Positions 9,594 to 20,280 of a DNA stretch of 64,000 nt are shown here, in pieces. Within the stretch, counting starts at the first letter, position 1; each line of letters starts with the position of its first letter. The translations under genes and the position numbers were made by a program. This DNA comes from an uncultured Eubacteriales bacterium (GTDB lineage Bacteria > Bacillota > JAAYKD01), in the NCBI GenBank assembly GCA_964425745.1, contig CAYRNW010000014.1, positions 21-64,020 on the forward strand. Direction: 5' to 3'. The notes beneath the pieces are model-generated. The model worked only from the letters and a program-made list of their open reading frames with translations, ran no database searches and was not told the DNA's origin.

Positions 9594-10508
9594 TTAGTCG
9601 GTCTTTTGTTTTCCTTCGACTTCGTTCCAGAAGTCCTTCCATAGCGCGCGAACCATATCACAATACTCTCCGGTGGGGGTCTCCGCAACCACTGCCTTAA
9701 TTTCTCTGATCTGACTCAGCACCCAAGCCTGCATGCTCTTACTGCTTGGCATATCTTTTGCCTGACGCAATAATTCGGTAAAAAGCCGTTTCACCTCCTC
9801 AAAATTTCGTTGATAAGCAGCAGCGATTTGCTGCAAATCCTCGGCTTTTAAGTATCCGGGAATAATCTCCGGACGGGTGATTTTTTGTTTAACTTCAGTA
9901 TAGTGTTCAAGTTCAAAGACTTGTTTTTTGATTAAACTCTCGGCTAAGGTTTCGGGCTTTTCTTTTAAGGGCTGCTGCAGAGCGTCCCAGGAAATCAGCG
10001 CCAGACCGGCACGGTCCAAAACGTCCTTTTGCCCCAGCACTGCACTTAAGCCTAAATTCGCAGCAAATTCTTCTACGGTTTCCCAAGTGAAATCCTCGGC
10101 CTCTTCTGTGTAACCCAAAACACGTAAGAGCAGGGTCACATATTGTTGCTCGGTCAAAACGTCGTCGGCGCCGAACCGTCCATCTTCATAACCCTTAATC
10201 CATTGTTGTTTGTTGGCAAAGGAAACATAAGGGTCTGCCCAAGGTTGGATGTCAGTAAAAGGATGGCCTTCGCTCTCGGCCAGTGCTGCCTCTTCGTTAC
10301 CGGTGAGGCGAATCAGCATGACCAGCCCTTGGATCCTTGTCGGAAGAGCTTCCAAAGCAAATCCCTCATCGGTGCCTTGAAACAAATCGAGCTCCGATAA
10401 CGCTACGGCAATCTCTTCCGCTGCACTGTTTTGTTTGGGCGCGGCAAAAAGGGTTCCCGCAAACAAAAAGCTGAGAAGCAAGCACCACAGAACCAGTTTA
10501 CGACTCAT
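9594..10508 (-). CDS. secreted SLH-domain protein (304 aa)
   Basis: N-terminal signal peptide (MSRKLVLWCLLLSFLFAGTLFAAP); SLH-like repeats (FTDIQPWADPYVSFANKQQWIKGYEDGRFGADDVLTEQQYVTLLLRVLG). Confidence 0.7.
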   Translation of the reverse strand: MSRKLVLWCLLLSFLFAGTLFAAPKQNSAAEEIAVALSELDLFQGTDEGFALEALPTRIQGLVMLIRLTGNEEAALAESEGHPFTDIQPWADPYVSFANKQQWIKGYEDGRFGADDVLTEQQYVTLLLRVLGYTEEAEDFTWETVEEFAANLGLSAVLGQKDVLDRAGLALISWDALQQPLKEKPETLAESLIKKQVFELEHYTEVKQKITRPEIIPGYLKAEDLQQIAAAYQRNFEEVKRLFTELLRQAKDMPSSKSMQAWVLSQIREIKAVVAETPTGEYCDMVRALWKDFWNEVEGKQKTD

Positions 10509-10742
10509 TTTGATTCCTCCTTTGCACCAAAGTCAGGTAGCCGCGCTTTTTTCGCTATGAAGATTGCGAATTCCTCCTTTTTCTTCAAAAAGCGAAATAT
10601 TTCACAGACGAAGTATTAAGAAACCCATTTATCTGGTATTTTCTGTGGATTTTCAGCCGCTTTATTTGTCGGTCAATCCAAAATAACAAAACCGATAGAC
10701 TTATTTTTATTAACCTGACACTTATTATTTTTAACATATCCC

Positions 10743-10771
10743 TTGACATCACAAAAAGCGTATGATAGAAT
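10743..10771 (+). promoter_or_regulatory. sigma-A type promoter of the MFS gene
   Basis: TTGACA-N17-TAGAAT read directly; a GTTCGTggttACGAAC hairpin follows in the 5'UTR before RBS AAGAGGAGG. Confidence 0.55.
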
Positions 10772-10815
10772 GCAATTGATAAAAAAAGTTCGTGGTTACG
10801 AACTAAGAGGAGGAT

Positions 10816-12120
10816 TTGAGAATCATGGAAGAACAAGTTTTAGCAGAACAGATCACAGATGTATCTTTACCCGAAAGCAAGCCCGAAGCGCCCGCTAAAC
10901 GCAGCATGTTTAATAAGGATTTTGTGCTCATGTGGCAAGGCGCCTTCATCTCCTATTTCGGCGATATCATCTATGGATTAGCCATTAGCTACTGGGTTTT
11001 ACAAACGACTGGATCCACTGCCCTCATGGGAACTTCGGCAGCATTATCTTCACTCCCCCGAGTTCTTATCTCTCCCTTTGCCGGTGCGTTGGCAGACCGA
11101 TTGGACCGGAAGAACATTTTAGCCCTTACCAATCTCCTCCGTGGAATCCTCATGTTCATCATGGCCTTCCTGACTTTCCGCAACCTTCTGTCGGTACAGT
11201 TTGTCATGTTCTCAGCCTTCTTTATCTCAGCAGCCGGGGTCTTTGCCAGCCCTTGCATCGTCAGCATCATTCCGGATTTAGTAGAGAAAGAAGATGTGGT
11301 TCGAGCGAATTCCATTCGAAGTGCCAGTTTCTCTGTAGTCGACTTAGCCGGGAATGGCGTGGGAGGATTTTTAGTCAGCATTCTTGGTGTACCGCTTTTG
11401 GTTTTGCTAAATGCATTTAGCTTCATCTATTATTATGGGTCTTTACTCTTTGTCAAAGTACCAAAGCGGCACCTCTCTCTTGCACATCAGCAGAAAAATA
11501 TTTGGGTTGATCTCAAAGAAGGAGTCATTGAGTTCTTCCAAAACATTGGCTTACGCAACACGTTAGTCGCTTTTATGTTAGCAAACTTCTTCTCGGCAGG
11601 AATTTTCAGTCTGGCACTCGCCCTTTTCTTACAAAGAGGATTCAATGTTCAGCAATATGGTATTCTCATGTCCTTTCTTGGCTTAGGAGCCTTTATAGGG
11701 ATGTTCGCGATTGCTTTTTTGAAAGTTCCGATCAAATATTATTATGCCATTATCACTGGTGGGTTTACCTTCATGGGCTTCTGCATGGTAGGCCTCATGT
11801 TTACTCATAATTTTGCCCTGAGTTGCCTGCTCATGTGCTTAGGGATGATTGGAAACAGCATGGCGAACGCAATTTTGAACTCTGTCTTTATTTTAGGCGT
11901 TGTGCCTGAAAAGCGAGGTAAGCTTTCCGGTGTGATTTCTACAATGAGCAATAGCCTTACCCCGGTATCTTCTATTATGTATGGTGTGCTGGGTGAATTC
12001 ATCTCATTATCTTTGCTGTTTGGAGTTGGTATCACTTTAGCATGTGCCTCCATTCTAATAGTCATGATGCACCCTAAAGTAAAAGAGTTTATCTTACTAG
12101 AACCGGCGAAAGCTTCTTAA
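10816..12120 (+). CDS. MFS transporter (434 aa)
   Basis: About 12 predicted TM helices, MFS-like motifs (PFAGALADRLDRK); strong RBS. Confidence 0.8.
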   Translation: MRIMEEQVLAEQITDVSLPESKPEAPAKRSMFNKDFVLMWQGAFISYFGDIIYGLAISYWVLQTTGSTALMGTSAALSSLPRVLISPFAGALADRLDRKNILALTNLLRGILMFIMAFLTFRNLLSVQFVMFSAFFISAAGVFASPCIVSIIPDLVEKEDVVRANSIRSASFSVVDLAGNGVGGFLVSILGVPLLVLLNAFSFIYYYGSLLFVKVPKRHLSLAHQQKNIWVDLKEGVIEFFQNIGLRNTLVAFMLANFFSAGIFSLALALFLQRGFNVQQYGILMSFLGLGAFIGMFAIAFLKVPIKYYYAIITGGFTFMGFCMVGLMFTHNFALSCLLMCLGMIGNSMANAILNSVFILGVVPEKRGKLSGVISTMSNSLTPVSSIMYGVLGEFISLSLLFGVGITLACASILIVMMHPKVKEFILLEPAKAS

Positions 12121-12136
12121 AGATTGGAGGACTTCT

Positions 12137-13147
12137 ATGCAAATAATGATTCTTCCTCAATTGGAATTGATGTATGGTTTACTCGCAACTGGTCTATATA
12201 ATGAAAAAAGCCGTAAATACTACGGCACGGAGTTAGTTCGGCTGAATGCCGGCCAATATAGCAAAGAAATCGCCAAATTCTTTAAACCTCATTTACGCCA
12301 CCCAGTCTATGTTCAACTCAGTAAGATGATGGATTTCGGCTTTTTCTTCAACCGTCCGGTTGAACTCATGCTGGCGGTCAGCGAACCTCCGGAGTTGGCA
12401 TGGCGCGAAACCCCTTCTGAAATCCTCCTAAAATACAGTGGTGGCATGGAGCAGCTGAATCTTCTGTTGGAACTAATGAGAGATTTTGCTCTCCGCACCG
12501 ATTACATGCTCTTTTTTGAGAAAGCGAAGACCTTTTATGAAGAGGATTTACAACTGGTTCATTCTTTTGTTCAACAATACCCGGCGGTTGAGACCATGGA
12601 AGGATTCTTTGGAGAAGCGCAAGACAGTTATGCCTACATTATCTCCAAACTCCCGGTTGGAAATTTCGGTATTCACTTTCGCGAACCCGGTGGCAAGCTG
12701 AGACTCAACAGTGTGTTCAATGTAACAGAACCGAAGAATGATTCCCTTCACATTGGAGCGTTGAGCTTGAACACAACCTTTCACGAATTCAGTCACCCGG
12801 TGGTAAATCCCTTAACGGAAGCGAACCCCTTATTGGTAGAACGTTACCAAAAGGCCTTTGGCCAGCTACAAGCTTACAAACTCCCCGGGATTGCTTCGGG
12901 CTATGGGGATTGGCCCGATTGTATCAACGAGCACCTTGTTCGCAGTCTTGCTTGCTACCTAACCGGAAAATGCAGCGGAGAAGCCGAACGTCAACGTTGG
13001 CAAGAGAAAGAGGTAGCGAGAGGATATCGTTTTCTTCCCCACATGCTCGAAGCGTTTCAAGACTACGAACAGAAACGTTCTCAATACCCCACCTTTGCTT
13101 CCTATTACCCAACACTTTTACAGGTTTTTGAAAAAGAAATCGCTTAA
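12137..13147 (+). CDS. hypothetical protein with an HExxH motif (putative zinc-metallopeptidase-like, 336 aa)
   Basis: GGAGGA RBS; HEFSHP motif mid-protein; otherwise unrecognised. Confidence 0.55.
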   Translation: MQIMILPQLELMYGLLATGLYNEKSRKYYGTELVRLNAGQYSKEIAKFFKPHLRHPVYVQLSKMMDFGFFFNRPVELMLAVSEPPELAWRETPSEILLKYSGGMEQLNLLLELMRDFALRTDYMLFFEKAKTFYEEDLQLVHSFVQQYPAVETMEGFFGEAQDSYAYIISKLPVGNFGIHFREPGGKLRLNSVFNVTEPKNDSLHIGALSLNTTFHEFSHPVVNPLTEANPLLVERYQKAFGQLQAYKLPGIASGYGDWPDCINEHLVRSLACYLTGKCSGEAERQRWQEKEVARGYRFLPHMLEAFQDYEQKRSQYPTFASYYPTLLQVFEKEIA

Positions 13148-13164
13148 AGCGGTTAATAAAAATT

Positions 13165-13208
13165 GAGCCAGGGTTACAACAATTGTAGCCCTGGCTCTTG
13201 TTTATTTT
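13165..13208. terminator. bidirectional rho-independent terminator
   Basis: GAGCCAGGG-n-CCCTGGCTC stem followed by TTGTTTATTTT. Confidence 0.55.
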
Positions 13209-13215
13209 GAGAGTT

Positions 13216-15921
13216 TTAAAGAAACTTCAAAGGGTGTAATACTAACACTTGTTCAAGAAAAAGCTGCACAACCGCAGGGTCGAGTTGACCCCCGGCACAA
13301 TTTTGGAGTTCAACAATCGCTTCTTCCGAGGTCATAGCTTTTTGGTAGGGCCGCTCGTGCGTCATGGCATCGTAGGAATCGGCAACTGCTATGATGCGGG
13401 CCGCAATCGGGATTTTCTCGCCCAAGCGCTTATTGGGGTAGCCGTTTCCGTCGTAGCGTTCGTGATGCGCTAATACCCAGTCGGCAATGTCGTGAAATTC
13501 CAACGTATTACCTAAGATTTTTGCTCCTTTGGCACAATGCAGCTTCATAATTTCCCATTCTTTGGTGTCGAGTTTACCGGGTTTATTGAGGATGCTCTCT
13601 TCAATACCAATCTTGCCGATATCGTGCAGCAATCCGGCAACGCGGATTTTGTTGACCATCTCTTTATCGAGCTTCATACTTTTGGCAATGGCTTCACTGA
13701 TTTGACTGACTCGTTCCGAGTGGTATTTTTCCCGTTCGCTTTTGGTAAACAAAGTCTCCATGATGACATGGACGGCACTGCTTCTAGAACTGCGATTGCT
13801 ATAATATTTTCGGTTATACATAAAAGCTTCTGCCTCTTTGAGCAGGGAATCCAATCCGTCCTCCGGCTTACGCTGGAGCCCATAACCAAAGGAAATACTG
13901 ACATCGGTGCCTTCCGTGGGAATATTCAGGCTGTCGAGTCTCTGCTCTAAAAGATCTAAGTAGGCACGAATCTCTTGTTCATTGGTCCGAGGAAGAATCA
14001 TGGCAAACTCATCTCCGCCAATGCGAGCCAATTGTGCATCCGCTGGCATCGACTGCTTCATGCGTTCGACCAATGCGATGATCGCTTTATCTCCTTTGGC
14101 ATGACCAAAGGTATCGTTGTAAAGCTTAAGTCCGTTCATATCACCCATAATCACGCCCAGCGGATAAAACTCTCCGGTGCGCGCCATGCTGTGGAAGGAT
14201 TCATCAAAAAAGCGTCGGTTATAGATCTCGGTCAAATAATCATGATACGCTAAATAATGGATTTGTTTGGTCGCTTCCTCGCGTTGGGTGACATCGAAAA
14301 TGATGGAATACAGCATCGTTTTACCGTTATAGGGAATCGGACAACTATAGACATCGACCATACGCACTTCGCCGCTTTTTAAACGGTGTGGAGAAGTAAA
14401 ACGTCTTTGTCGGCGTAGCAAAGCTCTGTGGCGAAGATCCTCTGCAATGTCTTTTCCCAAGGTATTGATATCGGTCATATTGAGCTTGAGCAGTTCTTCT
14501 TTGGAGTACCCGTAGAATTGCATCGCGGCTGGGTTGGCGCTAACAATTCGTCCACTTTCCGGTTCTAAAAGCAACATGACCGCATCGTGGTTTTCGATCA
14601 TGGCTTGATTCCGTTCTAAGAGCAACTCCGTCTCTTTTTCCTTTTCCTTCTTCTTGATTGCAATCCAAACACCATTCATTAAAACAGAGATGGCCGTGAC
14701 ATCGTGCTCCGTGTATGGAGTTTTCTTATTGGCGAAGCCAATTACGGCTACGATTTTATCGTTTTCAAACAGGGGGATTGACAAATAACTCTGAATCGTA
14801 AGGTGCCCAAATGGCAATCCCTTTGTTTGAATTTCAGAGTTCTGGTAATCTTGAATCACAATCGGTCTTCGAGTCCGGATTACTTCCCCGCCCAGGCCGG
14901 CCGTATGAAGCGGATATGCTCCTCGAGGTTTTGTCATAGCACAATCATCATCTACCGTATTAGTCCAGATCTTAGGTGTGAATTCCTGTTTCTCTTCATC
15001 ATAAAGGTAAATATATCCATATTCACTCTCAGTCAAGTGTTGAGCTTCGTGAAGTGCATATTCCATTTGTTCTTCTGCGCTCTGAAATGGCTTAATCATA
15101 CATTCGGTAACGATACGGTTGGTTTCCGACATTTTTCGTAAAAGCTCGCGCTGATTGACATCTTCGGTAATATCCCGCACAAAGGTTCCCACTCCCACAC
15201 GTTCCTCATGGAGTGGAACCGGGAATTTGCGAGTTTCATAAATTTTTTCACCAATTCGTTCTTCTGAACGGATGATTTTGTTTTCTCGAAGCGCTTCTTT
15301 ATCGGCAGATCGAAATTGCCCTGAAATCACGTTGTCTAAAAAATCAAAATCACTGCGACCTTGAATCTCGTTTTTCTCTTTTCCATATTCCTTCGCAACC
15401 GCCTGATTGACCACCAAATATCGAAAGTTCTCATCTTTAAGAATAATTTTATCTTCGCTGGCATCTAGAAAAGTGACCAGCATTTTTTTCATGGTTTCCA
15501 GTTCAGTCTCATATTGCACCCTTAGTGAAATATCAATGATCGTCGATAAAAAGTAAGGAGCCCACTCGGCCGGTTCATGATACACCGTGGTATAGAGTTC
15601 TGCCCAAAAACAAGAACCATCTTTACGCAGATAACGTTTAACTGTTCGGGCGGAAGGCTTCTCACCTCTTAACATTTGATCTACATCCAGTTGAGAAGAG
15701 GGCAGATCCTCTGGGTGGTTGAGTTCACGCCAATGTTTGGTCGCTAATTCCTCTTCGGTATAACCCACCATATGGCAAAAGGCTTGATTTGCCAACATAC
15801 TCCCGGAAGCAAAGACCACTACCTGTCCAACCATGGAGTTTTCCAGAAAGCCATGGAAAATCTGCTCGTTTCCTTTTTCTTGCGAGTGCACACTTTGGGT
15901 AATAAATTCTTTGAATCTCAT
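13216..15921 (-). CDS. PAS/GAF-GGDEF-HD-GYP protein (901 aa), paralog of the 4853-7531 gene
   Basis: RIGGDEFAMIL, LHDIGKIGI and GNGYPN motifs; N-terminal PAS region about 45% identical to the paralog by eye. Confidence 0.85.
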   Translation of the reverse strand: MRFKEFITQSVHSQEKGNEQIFHGFLENSMVGQVVVFASGSMLANQAFCHMVGYTEEELATKHWRELNHPEDLPSSQLDVDQMLRGEKPSARTVKRYLRKDGSCFWAELYTTVYHEPAEWAPYFLSTIIDISLRVQYETELETMKKMLVTFLDASEDKIILKDENFRYLVVNQAVAKEYGKEKNEIQGRSDFDFLDNVISGQFRSADKEALRENKIIRSEERIGEKIYETRKFPVPLHEERVGVGTFVRDITEDVNQRELLRKMSETNRIVTECMIKPFQSAEEQMEYALHEAQHLTESEYGYIYLYDEEKQEFTPKIWTNTVDDDCAMTKPRGAYPLHTAGLGGEVIRTRRPIVIQDYQNSEIQTKGLPFGHLTIQSYLSIPLFENDKIVAVIGFANKKTPYTEHDVTAISVLMNGVWIAIKKKEKEKETELLLERNQAMIENHDAVMLLLEPESGRIVSANPAAMQFYGYSKEELLKLNMTDINTLGKDIAEDLRHRALLRRQRRFTSPHRLKSGEVRMVDVYSCPIPYNGKTMLYSIIFDVTQREEATKQIHYLAYHDYLTEIYNRRFFDESFHSMARTGEFYPLGVIMGDMNGLKLYNDTFGHAKGDKAIIALVERMKQSMPADAQLARIGGDEFAMILPRTNEQEIRAYLDLLEQRLDSLNIPTEGTDVSISFGYGLQRKPEDGLDSLLKEAEAFMYNRKYYSNRSSRSSAVHVIMETLFTKSEREKYHSERVSQISEAIAKSMKLDKEMVNKIRVAGLLHDIGKIGIEESILNKPGKLDTKEWEIMKLHCAKGAKILGNTLEFHDIADWVLAHHERYDGNGYPNKRLGEKIPIAARIIAVADSYDAMTHERPYQKAMTSEEAIVELQNCAGGQLDPAVVQLFLEQVLVLHPLKFL

Positions 15922-16077
15922 AGCAACCTCTCCGATGTTTCACAATTGTATTGTCAAATCCCTGATTTGAAAAAACACACTTCCATATTGTAACAGATAT
16001 GCGATATTTTAACAAACATAAAAATAGGATTCGCATCCTTTTTGATACGAATCCTACTTCAATATTCGTATAATTCT

Positions 16078-17187
16078 TTACAGCACTTCAGGGGTTGATA
16101 CGGAATCTCCGTTGAGATGCCCTACGACCATACAGTTTCTTCCTTGATTTTTGGCTTGATAAAGTAGCTCGTCAACATAACTAAACATCTCACTGGCGGT
16201 GTGGTTCACCGGTGTTTCCACAAAGGCAACCCCGCAACTAACGGTCACGGATACGGTTTTCCCATTTTTCGTGAGTGCCATCTCTTCTACACTACGTCGA
16301 ATCTTCTCGGCTAGTTCTGTTGCACACTTTTTGGTGCATGGCATGGTATAGACGAGATATTCTTCCCCTCCCCAGCGACATAGGAGATCTTGAGGCTTCA
16401 AACAAGAGGCAATGGTTTCGGAGACTTCTTTGAGCACATGGTCACCGCAGGTGTGGCCAAAGGTGTCGTTCACTCGCTTAAAATGATCAATATCGAAGAG
16501 CATCATAGCCCCCGGGGTTCTATACGCTTTCAATAAAACTTTTTGGATCTCGTTGTCAAACCAAAATCGATTATGAATCCCGGTCAAGGGGTCTGTCACC
16601 GAAATGTACTCATAGCGTTCTTGCATTTTTCTCAATTCTTCATGGGTGAGAGATCGGATTTTCTCAAAGCTGATTCCCACAATAAAAAAGCCGAGATAAA
16701 GAATTGGAAAGCGGAGCAGAAATGTCTGGGAATAGTCATAAAGCAAGAGCTCTTGGCCCAGAGGCAGCCAAAACAGAAAAACTAGAATAAGGAACATGGA
16801 AGTGCTGATGATGGCGCCCGTTTTCATCCCAAACAAGAGCATACTAAAAGCAGGTAGTATAACAATCCACATGGGGCTGAATCCCTGAGCAGCTCCACTC
16901 ACCGCAAGCCCGATTAGCAGAACCAGCATCACGGTTGCAAACAATATTTTCAAACCAGAAGATGCTTGCTTTTTCCGATACACATGTACGCTGATTCCAT
17001 AACAGCAAATGGCAAACGCGAGTGTTGCTGCCATGAGTGCATACTCATGAGTGCTGAGGTTGATCAACGACATAATCATAGCAATCGTAGCTAAAACGGC
17101 GGGGAAAAAGATCATTTGTACATAATAACGGTAGCCGTCTTCTGTGAGACGTTGCAAGCGTTGCTGCCATAACGAATCGGGACGCAT
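16078..17187 (-). CDS. membrane-anchored diguanylate cyclase (about 6 TM + GGDEF domain with GGEEY variant)
   Basis: Polytopic N-terminus then GGDEF domain (RWGGEEYLVY, KRVNDTFGH); ATG at 17187 with AGGTGAGG RBS (track starts at GTG 17196). Confidence 0.8.
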   Translation of the reverse strand: MRPDSLWQQRLQRLTEDGYRYYVQMIFFPAVLATIAMIMSLINLSTHEYALMAATLAFAICCYGISVHVYRKKQASSGLKILFATVMLVLLIGLAVSGAAQGFSPMWIVILPAFSMLLFGMKTGAIISTSMFLILVFLFWLPLGQELLLYDYSQTFLLRFPILYLGFFIVGISFEKIRSLTHEELRKMQERYEYISVTDPLTGIHNRFWFDNEIQKVLLKAYRTPGAMMLFDIDHFKRVNDTFGHTCGDHVLKEVSETIASCLKPQDLLCRWGGEEYLVYTMPCTKKCATELAEKIRRSVEEMALTKNGKTVSVTVSCGVAFVETPVNHTASEMFSYVDELLYQAKNQGRNCMVVGHLNGDSVSTPEVL

Positions 17188-17314
17188 CGACCTCACCTAC
17201 CGTTTCTAATTTAAACCAGTATAGCAGTTCGTTATTAAAAATCTATTAAAGATTATCTTTTTTTTATTTTTTATGCTACAATAGGAGTCGTATACAGGGA
17301 GGTGAGAGGGGATT

Positions 17315-19216
17315 ATGAGAAAAAGGCTCGGGATGATGTCATTGCTTTGCCTTCTCTTGCTGATAAATGTAACCGTCATTGCCACTTCTGTTGTCATCGC
17401 TCACCCCTTTATTACTGAGGGTGTTTTCGATTTGTCGTCCTACTCGTTTGAACAGGAAGGACCAGTCTCCCTGAATGCTCCTTGGGCATTCTATTGGAAT
17501 GTTCTTCTCCCCCCAGATCAAATTCAAGAAGCTACTCCTTTGGGCTATTTTCCCTTGCCTTCAGGTTGGATGCGTTATACCGAGTTGGACCTGCCGATTC
17601 ATGGTGTTGCGACCTACTCTCTTCTCGTGCAAGGGGTACCTACTCCAGCAATCTATGGTCTTCGCGTGCCGAATGTGTATTCTCAATATTCTCTTTGGGT
17701 CAACGGCAAACTGTTACATGCTTGTGGCAGCTTTGCGGATCAGAATCCAGTTTACTTACATCCGCAGACTTTTTATTTTGAAACGAGCTCTACCCAAATT
17801 GAACTGGTAGTACAAGTAGAAAATCGCGAGCTCAGTTATGGGGGCGGAGTGGGTCAAAGCATTCGTTTCGGTCCTTGGCAAGCCATTCAAGATGAAGATC
17901 TTTTTTATAACAGTCTTGATTTGTTCTTGATTTCTGTCTTCTTTTTGAGTGGTGCTTATTTCTTAATCCATCACTATTTTCGTCGCCATAACAAAGAATT
18001 ATTATGGATGGGTATTCTGTGCTTGACGGTTGCATTGCGCAATCTTCTTTCCAACACAACCTTACTCATGCAATATCTTCCGGAAACTCCCTTTTGGCTC
18101 GGTTCCAAACTGATTATGCTCACGGTCCCGGTCATGCTTGGGTCAATGTTGCTTTATACGCGCCAACTCTACCGCATGGTGACGCCGCAACGTCTTTTTC
18201 TTCTTTTCTTGCTGCTTCATGGGGGATATGCCCTTTTGGTTTTGTTGACTTCCTCCACCTTTTATGTTGCTGCCTTTACTCCCTACTTGGGAGTGGTTGG
18301 ATTGACCTGTGTGTTTGGTCTGTGGATTGGGGGGCAAGCCCTTCGGCAAAAGCGGGATGAGGCTTCCTTCTTCTTTTACGGAATGTTAATCTTGGTGACC
18401 GGTGCCGTGCTGGACTCTTTGGTCTATTTGGGGATTTTGACCAGCCGTTATCCGTTTCCGTTTGCACTTTTCGGCTTTATTTTTCTGCAAATGCTATTAT
18501 TGGCCAAACGTTACAATCAAGCTTTTTTGCGTAGCGAAGGCCTGGCCGCTGATTTACGTCATTCTTTAGACCGTGTGATGAATACCGAAACCGCTTATAT
18601 GGGAGCGCAAATGAAACCTCATTTTGTCTTCAACGCCTTATCGACCATTGCAGAGTCTTGTTCAACAGAGCCTGCCAAAGCCGAGGCATTGATTCTATCG
18701 CTTTCCAAATATTTGCGTCAGACCTTGGATTACGAACGCTTGACTGGGTTTGTCTCTTTGCAAAATGAAATCGATTTGGTTCATGCCTATGTGGCCATTG
18801 AGAAAGCTCGTTTCACCAACATCGAAGTCGTCTGGCAGCTACCCGAGCTGCTACCCGTTTTGCGAATTCCGCCTTTGACGTTGCAACCGTTAGTAGAAAA
18901 CGCCATAAAACACGGCTTGCGGGGAAAACGCAAAGGGGGTCGTGTTGAAATTTCGCTTGAGGTCAGAGAAGGATCCGTATTCTTTACGGTTCAAGACGAT
19001 GGCGTGGGGATGTCCGAAGAACAAATCGCCTCGTTGTTACAACCTCCTCAAGGGAGCCAAAGCATTGGTCTTTACAATATTCATACCCGTTTAGTGCGTT
19101 TTTACGGAAAAGGGTTGCAGATTCATGGAGAACCCGGGGTAGGAACTTGGGTGCATTTTGAAATACCGAAGGGGGAATCTTTATGTTCCAGACCATCATT
19201 GTCGACGACGAAGTAG
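17315..19216 (+). CDS. sensor histidine kinase, 7TMR-DISM extracellular + 7TM + LytS/YehU-type His_kinase/HATPase
   Basis: Signal peptide, extracellular domain, 7 TM helices, HFVFNALSTIAE block (His_kinase) and HATPase_c G-boxes; GGGAGGTGAG RBS. Confidence 0.8.
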   Translation: MRKRLGMMSLLCLLLLINVTVIATSVVIAHPFITEGVFDLSSYSFEQEGPVSLNAPWAFYWNVLLPPDQIQEATPLGYFPLPSGWMRYTELDLPIHGVATYSLLVQGVPTPAIYGLRVPNVYSQYSLWVNGKLLHACGSFADQNPVYLHPQTFYFETSSTQIELVVQVENRELSYGGGVGQSIRFGPWQAIQDEDLFYNSLDLFLISVFFLSGAYFLIHHYFRRHNKELLWMGILCLTVALRNLLSNTTLLMQYLPETPFWLGSKLIMLTVPVMLGSMLLYTRQLYRMVTPQRLFLLFLLLHGGYALLVLLTSSTFYVAAFTPYLGVVGLTCVFGLWIGGQALRQKRDEASFFFYGMLILVTGAVLDSLVYLGILTSRYPFPFALFGFIFLQMLLLAKRYNQAFLRSEGLAADLRHSLDRVMNTETAYMGAQMKPHFVFNALSTIAESCSTEPAKAEALILSLSKYLRQTLDYERLTGFVSLQNEIDLVHAYVAIEKARFTNIEVVWQLPELLPVLRIPPLTLQPLVENAIKHGLRGKRKGGRVEISLEVREGSVFFTVQDDGVGMSEEQIASLLQPPQGSQSIGLYNIHTRLVRFYGKGLQIHGEPGVGTWVHFEIPKGESLCSRPSLSTTK

Positions 19217-20280
19217 CTTCCCTGCGTCGCTTTGAGCGAATCGCTACTTCCGATGATCGGATTTCACTGGAGGGCCGTTTTCAGTATGCTCAAGATGCCC
19301 TGAATTATGCCAAAGAAGCCCAAATCGATGTGGCCTTTATCGATATTGAAATGCCTGAAATCAACGGCTTGGAATTGGCAAAACAGCTCATGGAGATTGA
19401 TCCGCAAATCAAAGTCATTTTCTTAACGGCCTATAGTCAGTATGCGCTGGAAGCATATCGCACCCATGCTATTGGCTATCTGCTCAAACCTCTCGATGAA
19501 AAAGACCTGCGAGCCCAGATTGATTTATTGGCCTTGCGTTTCGGCCCCCGAACCATGACTCGGGTCTCCTCGGTTCTCAATCTTACCTGCTTTGGTCGCT
19601 TCACAGTCCTGAATCAAGCCGGGGAAGCCTTGGCGATTCGTTGGAAGACCGCAAAAACCGAAGAGTTGTTCCTTTTGCTCGTGTATTATCAAGGGCGAGC
19701 GAAACCCAAAGAGTTGATTATCGATGCCCTCTGGCCGGAGTTAGAGGGCGATAAATCCTCGAATTTATTTCGGGTCACTTGCAGTTACCTGCGGTCGGCT
19801 TTGGCGGAACAGGGGATTTTCGATTTGTTGTTGCGAGACTGGGAGGGTTATAAACTCAATACCGATCTTCTCTCTTGTGATCTTTTTGAGTTGCGTGCCG
19901 GGATTCGAAACTGCACTTCTCTTTCTCTACAGGAGTTGGAACGTCTTTCGGAACGATATAAAGGCAGCTTTTTAGAAGAAAAGCCCTACGAATGGTCGCA
20001 GGGAACCCGCCTTCAAATGGAAAACGGCATAAAGAAAGTTCTTTTCTTACAAGCAGAGGAATATCGTCGTCTTAGCCGCTGGTCCGATTTGGAACACGTT
20101 TTGGAGCGCGTGATCGTAATCAACCCCTATGAAGAAGAAGCAATTAAAAAGCTGATGCAGCTGCACCTACAACAGGGGAATTTTGCCAAAGCGAAGTTGA
20201 TCTATACCCAGTTTGATGCGAGAATGCGAAAAGATTTGCAAATGACGCCTTCGTTTTCCATAAAGGACTATGTCAGTTGA
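19183..20280 (+). CDS. response regulator, REC domain + SARP-like winged helix/BTAD output domain
   Basis: Receiver motifs (IIVDDE, AFIDIEMP, KVIFLTAYS); C-terminal SARP-like wHTH; overlaps the HK stop by 34 nt. Confidence 0.7.
   Translation: MFQTIIVDDEVASLRRFERIATSDDRISLEGRFQYAQDALNYAKEAQIDVAFIDIEMPEINGLELAKQLMEIDPQIKVIFLTAYSQYALEAYRTHAIGYLLKPLDEKDLRAQIDLLALRFGPRTMTRVSSVLNLTCFGRFTVLNQAGEALAIRWKTAKTEELFLLLVYYQGRAKPKELIIDALWPELEGDKSSNLFRVTCSYLRSALAEQGIFDLLLRDWEGYKLNTDLLSCDLFELRAGIRNCTSLSLQELERLSERYKGSFLEEKPYEWSQGTRLQMENGIKKVLFLQAEEYRRLSRWSDLEHVLERVIVINPYEEEAIKKLMQLHLQQGNFAKAKLIYTQFDARMRKDLQMTPSFSIKDYVS

Noticed and set aside
9520-9642. N-terminal extension of the M42 peptidase ORF (MEGLLERSRRKTKDRLKNKRITKEKITKER...)
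   Set aside because: Highly basic low-complexity extension that would overlap the upstream SLH gene; the internal Met (MVEQLK) gives a conventional M42 N-terminus, so the extension is likely not translated.
10509-10815. Possible riboswitch or T-box in the 300-nt region upstream of the MFS gene
   Set aside because: The only clear signals are a sigma-A promoter and a short GTTCGT/ACGAAC 5'UTR hairpin; I see no conserved riboswitch core or T-box specifier/antiterminator.
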